Assembly: GCA_016184315.1 (NCBI GenBank)
Contig: JACPCU010000014.1
Span: 64,724-128,723, forward strand
Direction of reading: 5' to 3'
Length of the DNA stretch: 64,000 nt
DNA from: Nitrososphaerota archaeon
GTDB taxonomy: Archaea > Thermoproteota > Nitrososphaeria > Nitrososphaerales > JACQRY01
Part shown: positions 44,028 to 52,350 of the stretch, piece by piece
Numbering within the stretch: position 1 is the stretch's first letter
How the letters are laid out: each line of letters starts with the position of its first letter
The notes under the pieces: generated by a model
Seen by the model: only the letters and a program-made list of their open reading frames with translations
What the model was told of the DNA's origin: nothing
Database searches by the model: none
Program-made: the position numbers and the translations under genes

Positions 44028-46433
44028 ATGGGCAACCGCTATGTAGGCACACGAGTACCACCTAGAGAAGATGTCAGATTTCTGACTGGACGAGGCCAGT
44101 ATATTGATGACTTGAAGCTTCCTGGAATGCTCTATGCCTCAATCCTCCGCAGCCCATATGCCCACGCCTTGATCAAAAGCATCGATACATCATCTGTCCT
44201 AGACCATCAAGGAGTCGCGGCGGTACTGACAGGCACTCAGGCAGCTAAACTTACGGTCCCGGTCTACTCGTGGGCTACGAGGGTCATGAAGCAGTATTGC
44301 CTAGCAACGGATAAAGTTCGTTTCGTAGGAGAGCCAGTCGTCGCAATCGCGGCCTCCACTAGGGCTGAAGCAGAAGAGGCACTCGAATATACCAAGCTTG
44401 AATATGAGCCGCTCAAAGCAGTTGTGGACATCGACAGCGCGGTTAAGCCAGGCGCTCCCCTTGTGTGGGCGGATTTTCCGAACAACATAATCCTAAAGAA
44501 GGTTTGGCATTACGGCGACGTGGAAGCGGCTTTCGCCGAATCCGACTTTACCATCAATGAAAAGCTTAGGATCCATCGATACTCCTCCACCCCGCTTGAA
44601 TGCTACGGCTGCATCGCAAGCTACGACCCATCAAGCCACACACTAACGATCTGGAGCAACTCGCAGCACCCAGGGAGAGATGCCACCTTCCTCTCCGAGG
44701 CGCTAAGGATTCCCCAACACAGAGTAAGGATCATCATACCAGACAGTGGAGGGGGCTTCGGCAACAAGCTGCAGGGACTCAGATACCAGATAATCGCCTC
44801 CTTACTCTCCATGGAGACGAGTAGACCCGTAAAATGGATCGAAAGCAGGATAGAGCATCTTATGGCGCTCTGCCATAAGGCAGATGAGTTCTTCGATGTG
44901 GAAGCTGCATGCACAAAAGATGGCAAGATCCTTGGCCTCCGGATCAAGGACTTCGAAAACAGTGGATCCGACATGGGCTTCGCAGGCTTCTTCTTGCAGA
45001 ACAAGGTGAAGGCGCTGCCAGGGCCATACAGGGCGAGACATTTGCTAGTAGAGGGCACGGCGGTCGCTACGAACAAGGGGCCGATAGGCCCAGACAGAGG
45101 GGTAGCAAAGCCCAGTGCTGCGTTCATCTACGAACGAATGATGGACCTAGTCGCTAGAAAGCTGAATCTAGACAGAGCAGAAATAAGGCGTCGCAACTTC
45201 ATACAGCCAAACGAGTTTCCCTATCGATCACCAACGCGAGAGCTGTATGGAAGCGGCAACTACCCTGAAGCCCTGCAGACAGCGTTGACAATTTCCGGCT
45301 ACCCCCATTTCACAGAGGACGAGCGAGTAGCGAAGGAAGGAAGGCATATTGGCATAGGGCTGGCAACATTCGTCCATGCCGGCACTCCTAACTACGCAGC
45401 AGACTACATCTCAACACGGAGAACCGGCGAAGGGCTTGCAAACAGCTGGACCGGTTTAACCTTGGCATCCACCATCAAGGTCAGCGAGCAGGGAAAGGTA
45501 ACAGTTTTGATGAGTGCTGCAGCCTGCGGGCAAGGTTGGGAGACTGCTTCAGCCCAGGTTGTTGCAGATGAGTTGAAGATAAACATGGATGACGTGAATG
45601 TAATTGGCATCTTCGACTCCTTGACCCACCCTACAACCGGTTACTCGGGCTCGTTCTCTAACACTTTTCAAAGCATGATGGTAGGCTCCATTGTTGGCGC
45701 GGCGAAGAAGGTCAAGGAGAAAGTGTTGCGAATAGCCGCAAGAATCCTCAGTTCGTCACCGAAGGAGCTGATATGGGACTGGAATGGAATCTATGTCAGG
45801 AGCAACGAAGAGAAGCGTACCACGTTCCACGAAGTGGCTTTTGTAGCCAATCGGAATCTGTTTGCTTTATCAAAGGATATTGAACCCGGGCTCCACGAGA
45901 CCTGCTACTACATTCATCCGGAATACCATTTCCAGGAACCAGATGCACAGGGCAGAACAGGTCATTCTCTGACATGGGGAATTGAAGTTCATGTGGCGAC
46001 GGTGCAGGTTGACGTTGAGACGGGTAAAGTCGAGGTGCTCAGATATGCGGTGGTATCGGATAGCGGGAACATCATAAATCCGATCATAGTGGAGGGAATG
46101 GCTCACGGCTCAACAATCCATGGGATCGGGGCAGCACTAGGAGGCGAATTCATATACGACGAAAACGGCCAACCATTGACAACTACATTCATGGATCTAA
46201 TTAAGCCAACAGCGGTCGAATGCCCAGAAGTTCAAGTAAAACATATGGGCACAGCGGATCCTTTCACAGTCCTAGGAACCAAAGGCGCTGGCGAAGGGGG
46301 GTCAACCCCTGCTCCAGCAGCCATCGCAAGCGCCGTAGAAGACGCATTGTCTTCTTATGGAGTGAAGGTCACGGCTCTTCCTCTGACTCCTGAGAAGGTT
46401 TGGAACCTGATTAGACAAGCAGGTCATCAATAA
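44028..46433 (+). CDS. Second XDH/aldehyde-oxidase/CoxL-family molybdopterin-binding large subunit
   Basis: From ATG 44028: MGNRYVGTRVPPREDVRFLTGRGQYIDD. The C-terminus reads TKGAGEGGSTPAPAAIASAVEDAL. The usual AYRG(F/A)G loop reads GPDRGVAKP here. No partner subunits are adjacent. Confidence 0.9.
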   Translation: MGNRYVGTRVPPREDVRFLTGRGQYIDDLKLPGMLYASILRSPYAHALIKSIDTSSVLDHQGVAAVLTGTQAAKLTVPVYSWATRVMKQYCLATDKVRFVGEPVVAIAASTRAEAEEALEYTKLEYEPLKAVVDIDSAVKPGAPLVWADFPNNIILKKVWHYGDVEAAFAESDFTINEKLRIHRYSSTPLECYGCIASYDPSSHTLTIWSNSQHPGRDATFLSEALRIPQHRVRIIIPDSGGGFGNKLQGLRYQIIASLLSMETSRPVKWIESRIEHLMALCHKADEFFDVEAACTKDGKILGLRIKDFENSGSDMGFAGFFLQNKVKALPGPYRARHLLVEGTAVATNKGPIGPDRGVAKPSAAFIYERMMDLVARKLNLDRAEIRRRNFIQPNEFPYRSPTRELYGSGNYPEALQTALTISGYPHFTEDERVAKEGRHIGIGLATFVHAGTPNYAADYISTRRTGEGLANSWTGLTLASTIKVSEQGKVTVLMSAAACGQGWETASAQVVADELKINMDDVNVIGIFDSLTHPTTGYSGSFSNTFQSMMVGSIVGAAKKVKEKVLRIAARILSSSPKELIWDWNGIYVRSNEEKRTTFHEVAFVANRNLFALSKDIEPGLHETCYYIHPEYHFQEPDAQGRTGHSLTWGIEVHVATVQVDVETGKVEVLRYAVVSDSGNIINPIIVEGMAHGSTIHGIGAALGGEFIYDENGQPLTTTFMDLIKPTAVECPEVQVKHMGTADPFTVLGTKGAGEGGSTPAPAAIASAVEDALSSYGVKVTALPLTPEKVWNLIRQAGHQ

Positions 46434-46536
46434 AGGCAGTAACATCTTGAGAATGGTGGCAGAGTGAGAATAATGGTTTTGATACTTCACAAGGCATCAT
46501 TGGATGTCTACACATAGATGTAAGAAACAGGGGGGC

Positions 46537-47550
46537 TCAGATTAGGGGTGAAACAACCTGATCAGTAAGCGTCTTTATGAACGAAAACGTGTCTGGATGC
46601 TCCTGTATGGCAAAAGAGAATTGGTTTACTCCACTCGTATTCATTATTTCTTCGAGTCTGGAGATGCAGTATGACGGTGTGCCGGCTACGACCATGTTGT
46701 CTAGGATCCTGTCGGTTACTAGGCTTATGTGACGAGCTTTCATCCCTTGGTGTTCATAGTAGTCGTACTGCTTGCTTAGTGCTTCGATGTCTTCAATCAG
46801 TTCTTTTGACATGTGTTTCCTGAAGGATTCATCTTTGGCGTACCGAGCCAAGCCGTTTGCCTTGGTCGCAGCTGCCCCCCTGACTATTGATCTTGCTTTG
46901 TCTGCATCTTCGTTGGGATAACACGTGAGTCTAACCCAAATGTCCAGTTCATGTATACTTCTCCCGGTCTCCTTGGCGCCTTCTGCGAGTTGTTCAAGAG
47001 CCCATTCGATGAACCCTGGATGGGAGCCTACGTTGACTATCACTCCGTCGCCTATTTGGGCTGCTAACTTTAGTGATTTGGGTCCAGTAGATGCAATGTA
47101 GATTGGTATTCTAGTCTTTGTCCAAGTTAGCCTTATGTTTCCACTGTCAACTTGCACCTCTTTTCCATTCAGTAGATTTCTGATGATTTGCACGGACTCT
47201 TTGAGTTTCTGGAGGGTGGCAGGTGACCTGTGGATGGTGTGGACCGCGCTGTCTCCGACCCCCATTCCGAGTACCACTCTGCCGGGCGCCAGTTCTTCTA
47301 CGGTAGCTATTGCTCCCGCTGTTACGGTAGGATCTCTGGTTACCGGATTGGTTACGCCGGGTCCTAAGTGAATGTTCTGTGTCTTCTGCAGGGCTAAGAC
47401 AAGGGACGCGTAAACATCTCGCCAGATGAGTTGAGAGTCAGAAAGCCAAGAAATTCCGTTTAGCCCCTTTTCCTCAGCTAGAGCCACATACTCCGCCACC
47501 TTAAGAGCTGGCTCAGTCAGGTTAAATCGGCCACCAGCTCTAATTCTCAT
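46537..47550 (-). CDS. Luciferase-like (LLM-class, probably F420- or flavin-dependent) oxidoreductase
   Basis: 337-aa TIM-barrel LLM pattern: LSDSQLIWRDVY...LGPGVTNPVTRDP...VVLGMGVGDS. Confidence 0.8.
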   Translation of the reverse strand: MRIRAGGRFNLTEPALKVAEYVALAEEKGLNGISWLSDSQLIWRDVYASLVLALQKTQNIHLGPGVTNPVTRDPTVTAGAIATVEELAPGRVVLGMGVGDSAVHTIHRSPATLQKLKESVQIIRNLLNGKEVQVDSGNIRLTWTKTRIPIYIASTGPKSLKLAAQIGDGVIVNVGSHPGFIEWALEQLAEGAKETGRSIHELDIWVRLTCYPNEDADKARSIVRGAAATKANGLARYAKDESFRKHMSKELIEDIEALSKQYDYYEHQGMKARHISLVTDRILDNMVVAGTPSYCISRLEEIMNTSGVNQFSFAIQEHPDTFSFIKTLTDQVVSPLI

Positions 47551-47763
47551 TTGTCATGTACCGTCGTATGCTGGGCTTGATTAAGATTGTCTGCCCACAC
47601 ATTTCCCTGTGTTTCTTTGCGGGTTGGTAAATATGGTGAAATTACTAGGTAACCTCCTTGCAATATAAGCCGTCCGTCAAATAATGTTCCATAGTCAGCA
47701 AAGTTATCTCAACCCTTCAGAGATAGCGATTTAACTCTCTTTTCTCTTGGCAGAAGACGTGGT

Positions 47764-47855
47764 GCGGTCGTCGTCCAGCCTGGTCTAGGACATCAAGGCT
47801 GATGCCGTGTAAGCTTCCCAAGCTGATGACCCGGGTTCAAATCCCGGCGACCGCA
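47764..47855 (+). tRNA. tRNA-Gly (anticodon CCC) with a 17-nt intron in the anticodon stem
   Basis: The sequence reads GCGGTCG-TC-GTCC-AGCCTGGTCTA-GGAC-A-TCA[AGGCTGATGCCGTGTAA]GC-TTCCCAA-GCTGA-TGAC-CCGGG-TTCAAAT-CCCGG-CGACCGC-A. Removing 47796-47812 restores a perfect TCAGC/GCTGA stem. CCA is not encoded. Confidence 0.7.
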
Positions 47856-48407
47856 TTCTCATCTACGCTGCAATTCTCTTCCCAGACGTCTTCCTCCTCT
47901 TATGGAGGAGTACTATCTATTCTCATGTGGAGGATGTACATGAGCACTTGAAACCAGAGCAACCACTGAAAAAGTCAAGAATTCAAGGGGGTAAGACCAC
48001 AGGATAAGACGTTGATAGAGGGAATCAACATCATTCTGCGGACCCAGCGGCTCCAATAAGCTGGGATGCGAAATACGTGAACCACCTGAAGACAATCGGA
48101 GAGACGCTTCAACTGAATCATACCAATGAAGGGCTGAAAGGAGTGACGAAGGAAGACATACAGCAAGTCAGCGATCAGATCAAAGGGTATGAGATCGAGT
48201 TCCACACAAAGAGTGACTGTACAACTGTACAGATTCCATGAAGGGTGTCATCGCCCCATCGAATGGCGTCTAGGAATTCGCCCAGAATGGGAATGAAGAA
48301 CACGTTATTCTCTTTGGCCAGAGACTCCATTAGAAACCTTAGGTCTTGTTGGCGGATCTGTTCTTCAGAATGACTTAATATCATATCATGAGAATACTTG
48401 AGAGCAG

Positions 48408-48818
48408 ATGAATCTCAGAATAATCATCGACAAGGAGGAGTTCCCCGCGAAACTGCATCAAGCCACTGCCCCTAAGACATGCAGCGCCCTCTTACGGGTT
48501 CTACCATTAGCAGGCCATGTGGTTCATGCCCGATGGAGTGGTGAGGCAATCTGGTTACCATTGCCCGATCTGAGAATCGATGTTGGTTTTGAGAATCACA
48601 CGATTTATCCTTCACGAGGAGACTTGCTTTTTTACCCCGGGCTCGTGAGCGAAAAGGAGATTCTCATACCATATGGGCCTTGTGCCTTCGCTAGTAGAGC
48701 CGGCTTCTTGCCAGGCAATCATTTCGCGACTATAACCCAGAAATTAGATAAGTTGGCCGAGATTGGCAAACGCGTTCTATGGGAGGGGGCCAAGAAAATT
48801 TCAATAAGGGCGGGCTGA
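48408..48818 (+). CDS. DUF3830-like (cyclophilin-like fold) protein
   Basis: 136 aa with APKTCSALLRVLPLAGHVVHARWSGEAIWLPL, matching my recollection of the DUF3830 signature. Confidence 0.55.
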   Translation: MNLRIIIDKEEFPAKLHQATAPKTCSALLRVLPLAGHVVHARWSGEAIWLPLPDLRIDVGFENHTIYPSRGDLLFYPGLVSEKEILIPYGPCAFASRAGFLPGNHFATITQKLDKLAEIGKRVLWEGAKKISIRAG

Positions 48819-48858
48819 AAATTCAGCCAATCAGCCTATCGGAAGAACCAAGACTGTT

Positions 48859-49173
48859 CTAGCAATAATGTGAAGGCTTCTGTTCAAACTTCGGGACTTG
48901 ATGCTTGAACTTCGAGGCATCGACTTTGAGGATTACCTTCTGTGAGGATTCTTCTACCATCGTTTTACTTGCACCGCCGTCGGCGCCGAACCTCCGCGCT
49001 CCCTTTGCCATGATATTGATGGCGGTGTTCATGTCTCTGTCGATGGAGACTTTGGGTTTCGGATAGAAGAGGGTGCGGTGTCCATTCAGGTATGTCTTGA
49101 ACCTACATGCCGAGCATTTCGCACTTGTGCCTCTTGCGTCCATATAGATAATTGGTATGCTTTCCCACTTCGC
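48859..49173 (-). pseudogene. tnpB: tnpB (IS200/IS605-type RNA-guided nuclease) C-terminal stump
   Basis: AKWESIPIIYMDARGTSAKCSACRF...SIDRDMNTAINIMAKG contains a zinc-ribbon remnant and the RuvC-III DRDxNAAxNI motif. An in-frame TAG lies at 49174-49176. About 300 N-terminal codons are absent, and the second CxxC is lost. Confidence 0.7.
48878..48899. repeat. Left terminal inverted repeat
   Basis: TTCTGTTCAAACTTCGGGACTT is the exact reverse complement of 50172-50193. Confidence 0.9.
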
Positions 49174-49256
49174 CTATAATCTATCTGCCTCAGCTTAGCT
49201 TAACTATGTTGTTGCATCGACCAACGTTTATCTAATATCGCTGGAGAGCACAACAA

Positions 49257-50087
49257 ATGAAAATCACCAATGAGCAGCTGGACGAGTTGAAGACTGCCGT
49301 ACAGACCTTGGAGAGGCCCGAATACGATTATCCAAACACAGCCAAACTAATTGAATCCAAGCTGGGCGAACTTACGAGTTACGGATGGAAGGAGCTAAAC
49401 CAGCTCTTTCACGAAATCAAAACCAATTTCTACAATGAGTTGTGTGATGACGGAACCTTTTGCCAGACTGTCTTCACCCTGATTTTTGATGGTATAATAA
49501 TTCCATCTCTTGATGCAGATCAAGCAATCAAGATTCAGTTCTTTGACCAATACAAGGCACAACTGGAGAGCAGATGTCTATCAGCAAGAACAGTGAACAG
49601 GATAATGCGGGCGTTCCAAACGAAAATCGACCGTGAGCAGATGTATTATGCCGACTGCCTTCTATATTTGTTGCTGGTTGAGGGTGTGTACGACGAGAAC
49701 ATGAAGATTCTTTACAGCCAGTGGAAGGCAGCCAAAGGTGAGATGGTGGATCCTAATGAACTAGCGAACAAGAACTTGGGCGACATTATGGCTGAAATGA
49801 CCAAGGATGGTTTTGACCCTTTGTTTAGAGGCTGGAAGAAGCATCTTCGGAACTCCATAGCACATGCTCGATTTGCCTTCGACCCTGTATCGGGCAAGAT
49901 CACATTCAAGGATGGAGAATATGACAAGTCTGAGAGGAAGTGGGTCGAGAATTTTAGTGAAGAGCTTACAGTGCAGGAGTTTGAAGAGAAGTACTTCAAC
50001 AAGGTCTGGACTGTCTGCGTATGCAATCAGCATCTACCGATGCTAGTCAGGATTTTCGAAATCTTTTTTGCAGAACAGAATCCATAG
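49257..50087 (+). CDS. All-alpha protein with an RNxxxH (HEPN-like) motif; candidate RNase toxin or defence effector
   Basis: An intact 276-aa ORF. It has KKHLRNSIAHARFAF (R198-x4-H203) in a helical context. No other family was recognised. Confidence 0.45.
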   Translation: MKITNEQLDELKTAVQTLERPEYDYPNTAKLIESKLGELTSYGWKELNQLFHEIKTNFYNELCDDGTFCQTVFTLIFDGIIIPSLDADQAIKIQFFDQYKAQLESRCLSARTVNRIMRAFQTKIDREQMYYADCLLYLLLVEGVYDENMKILYSQWKAAKGEMVDPNELANKNLGDIMAEMTKDGFDPLFRGWKKHLRNSIAHARFAFDPVSGKITFKDGEYDKSERKWVENFSEELTVQEFEEKYFNKVWTVCVCNQHLPMLVRIFEIFFAEQNP

Positions 50088-50171
50088 GAACTATTCAGTG
50101 TCAAGAAGTCTCTGGTATCCCGAACTGAAGCCTTTGAAGTCAGGAACCGCTTGGCAATCTAGGCTTAGAAT

Positions 50172-50193
50172 AAGTCCCGAAGTTTGAACAGAA
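50172..50193. repeat. Right terminal inverted repeat
   Basis: AAGTCCCGAAGTTTGAACAGAA is the exact reverse complement of 48878-48899. Confidence 0.9.
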
Positions 50194-50220
50194 CTATGTG
50201 AAGGAAGATACAAATTCACC

Positions 50221-50269
50221 CTCCGTCTGGCCAAGACGGAGAAGCACTCGTGGTAAGGTGAAGAGTGCT
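50221..50269. other. Two consecutive perfect 7-bp hairpins just outside the right repeat
   Basis: CTCCGTC (50221-50227) pairs with GACGGAG (50235-50241). AGCACTC (50243-50249) pairs with GAGTGCT (50263-50269). A further GCGC-TGA-GCGC hairpin follows near 50310. Confidence 0.5.
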
Positions 50270-50532
50270 GAGGCGGCAAACACTGTCCCGTTGAGCATCT
50301 GAGCAGAAGATTGCGCTGAGCGCAGCGACCGCACACACTCTTCCACTGCGAACATTTGGGGTAGTAGGCAATTTCTTGGATGTACTGTTACGAAGTCAAG
50401 AGAAATCTTCTGCTCTCTTGCGGGCTAGGTCAATCCTGCATCAGTTGAACAAATCTCTTAATGAACCTTCCTTGAGTCTTTGTCTCACCACATAATACAA
50501 CCGTTAAATGCACTTGATGCAAAGCTTAGACT

Positions 50533-51009
50533 ATGGCTCCGACACCTGAAGAAACTGTTGAACCACAAAAAAAGCCACAGGAAAGAGCCGACCAAGTCTT
50601 CGACGCTTTCACAAATAGACAGCGGCTCAGAATCTACTGGCTTTTGATTACCAGTAGTGAGCCTTTAGGTGTCAGGGAGATTCAGAGAGGTTTAGGTCTG
50701 TCGAGCCCCAGCGTGGCTTTTCACCATCTTGACAAGCTTGTGGAATCAGGGCTGGCGGAGAAAGATGCCCACGGCCGCTATCTGCCTGTAAGGAACGTGG
50801 AGGTATCTGTTCTTCAAGCCTTCGCCAAGGTTGGAAGGTTTGTTCTTCCACGCTACTCGTTTTACGCGGCTTTCTTCACTACACTGACCATAGGGTATCT
50901 AGTGCTCTCAGGTTCATCAGTGAACCTGTTCACTACGATTCTTGGGGTCGCCAGTGCAGGAGCCTTTTGGTATGAGGCAGTAAGAGCATGGAGGAAGAGA
51001 CCATTTTGA
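50533..51009 (+). CDS. ArsR-type wHTH regulator fused to C-terminal TM helices
   Basis: 158 aa with FTNRQRLRIYWLL...PLGVREIQRGLGLSSPSVAFHHLDKLVESGL, followed by two hydrophobic helices. Confidence 0.65.
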   Translation: MAPTPEETVEPQKKPQERADQVFDAFTNRQRLRIYWLLITSSEPLGVREIQRGLGLSSPSVAFHHLDKLVESGLAEKDAHGRYLPVRNVEVSVLQAFAKVGRFVLPRYSFYAAFFTTLTIGYLVLSGSSVNLFTTILGVASAGAFWYEAVRAWRKRPF

Positions 51010-51114
51010 CAGCTATGCCTCCGAGGGAGAGCGCTGTTCTAAACCCTAGTCTTATAGCCGAGGAAAACCCAGTGAGACACGGCAAGGTGGGGGCAAACGA
51101 ACCTTAGAATCCAG

Positions 51115-51429
51115 ATGTTTCTCAGCGTGTTTCTGGCAGTCGCCTTAGCTGCCCCTATTCTATTCTTGACAGTTCAACCCTACTCAGAAAAAGATGCTCC
51201 ACCCGCCTTCCAGTCAACTCAAGTAGCCCAGTCTGCAGAGAAATCCTTAGGCGTGTCGAGGGCTAGTGTCAATGAGACTAGGCAGCAGGACGCTGCTCCG
51301 GAGACCTCCAAAACTGGCCCCGCAGTTACCTCTCCTCCCCCCAATCCCCCGCAACCCTTACTGCTCTTGGCCGCATCCCTGGTGGTAGGTCTGACTGCCT
51401 ACGGGCTTGTGAAGCGGCTTCAACCATAG
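51115..51429 (+). CDS. Small membrane-anchored Pro-rich protein
   Basis: 104 aa with N- and C-terminal hydrophobic segments and a Pro-rich linker. Coding status is uncertain. Confidence 0.35.
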   Translation: MFLSVFLAVALAAPILFLTVQPYSEKDAPPAFQSTQVAQSAEKSLGVSRASVNETRQQDAAPETSKTGPAVTSPPPNPPQPLLLLAASLVVGLTAYGLVKRLQP

Positions 51430-51518
51430 CTGGCAGGACTGTTCAACTCTTAGAACACCTTGTTCAAGAGCCAAGGATTATAGTCATCAAGCCTCCAATA
51501 GAAGCGTGATGAGCAAAG

Positions 51519-52283
51519 TTGAGCGCGAATAGCAGGTTGCTTCCCACAGTCACCGTAGGCCTCCTGGTAATTCTGGCAGCGGTCACTGGCATGGTATACA
51601 CCGGCTTCAACACCAACACAACGCCAGGGACGACAAGCGAGATCAAGAAGATCACTGTAACCGGCATAGGTGAAGTCAAAACTGTTCCGGATCGAACCAG
51701 AATATTCCTCGCCATCGTAACCCAAGGAAAAACCGCTGAAGAAGCGTCATCCCTTAACGCAGACATATTCCAGAAATTCTCAGCAGCTCTAAGTCAAGCA
51801 GGAGTCACACGTGACAGGCTTGAAACACAATCATACAACATAAACCCAATCTACGATTATCCCGAGAAGGGCAGACCCGTCCTCATAGGGTACGAGGCGA
51901 GGCACCGCCTCCTGGTAACAGTTGTCCCCAAGAACATAGATGACTTGGGCAAAGAATCAGGCAAAGTCATCGACATAATTGTCGCACAGGGCGTCAACCA
52001 AATAGAGTACATCGAGTTCACAGTCGCCAGCGAAACCCGTAGCAAACTGAAAGATGACGCTTTGAAAGCTGCTCTAACCTCCGCCCAGTCTAAGGCAGAA
52101 CTGATGGCTCAAAGCCTCGGGGTGAAGATCACTGGAGTGCAAAGCGTCTTCGAAGCAGGGTTCATTGAGCCACCTTCGCCAGTAGTCAGAGGCTCCGTAG
52201 CTGAAGTCAAGGCCGCGACTGAAGTCGTTCCCGGAACAGTGACAGTGTCAACTAGCGTCACCGTCGTATACGCCCTAGGGTAG
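51519..52283 (+). CDS. SIMPL/DUF541-family protein
   Basis: It has a signal/anchor helix followed by ITVTGIGEVKTVPDRTRIFLAIVTQGKTAEEA...YNINPIYDY. The start is TTG. Confidence 0.75.
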   Translation: MSANSRLLPTVTVGLLVILAAVTGMVYTGFNTNTTPGTTSEIKKITVTGIGEVKTVPDRTRIFLAIVTQGKTAEEASSLNADIFQKFSAALSQAGVTRDRLETQSYNINPIYDYPEKGRPVLIGYEARHRLLVTVVPKNIDDLGKESGKVIDIIVAQGVNQIEYIEFTVASETRSKLKDDALKAALTSAQSKAELMAQSLGVKITGVQSVFEAGFIEPPSPVVRGSVAEVKAATEVVPGTVTVSTSVTVVYALG

Positions 52284-52350
52284 ACAGCCGTCTGTGGTAG
52301 GGAGGGAACAGTAGTTCCCTCTCCCCCGATTTGTTCCAAACCTATAACCC

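Larger units (their letters stand above)
48877..50195. mobile_element. 1,319-bp TIR-bounded unit flanked by a 9-bp direct repeat (candidate non-autonomous transposable element with cargo)
   Basis: Perfect 22-bp inverted repeats lie at 48878-48899 and 50172-50193. ATGTGAAGG sits directly outside both ends (48868-48876 and 50196-50204). The interior holds a tnpB stump and a 276-aa ORF, with no recognisable transposase. Confidence 0.6.
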
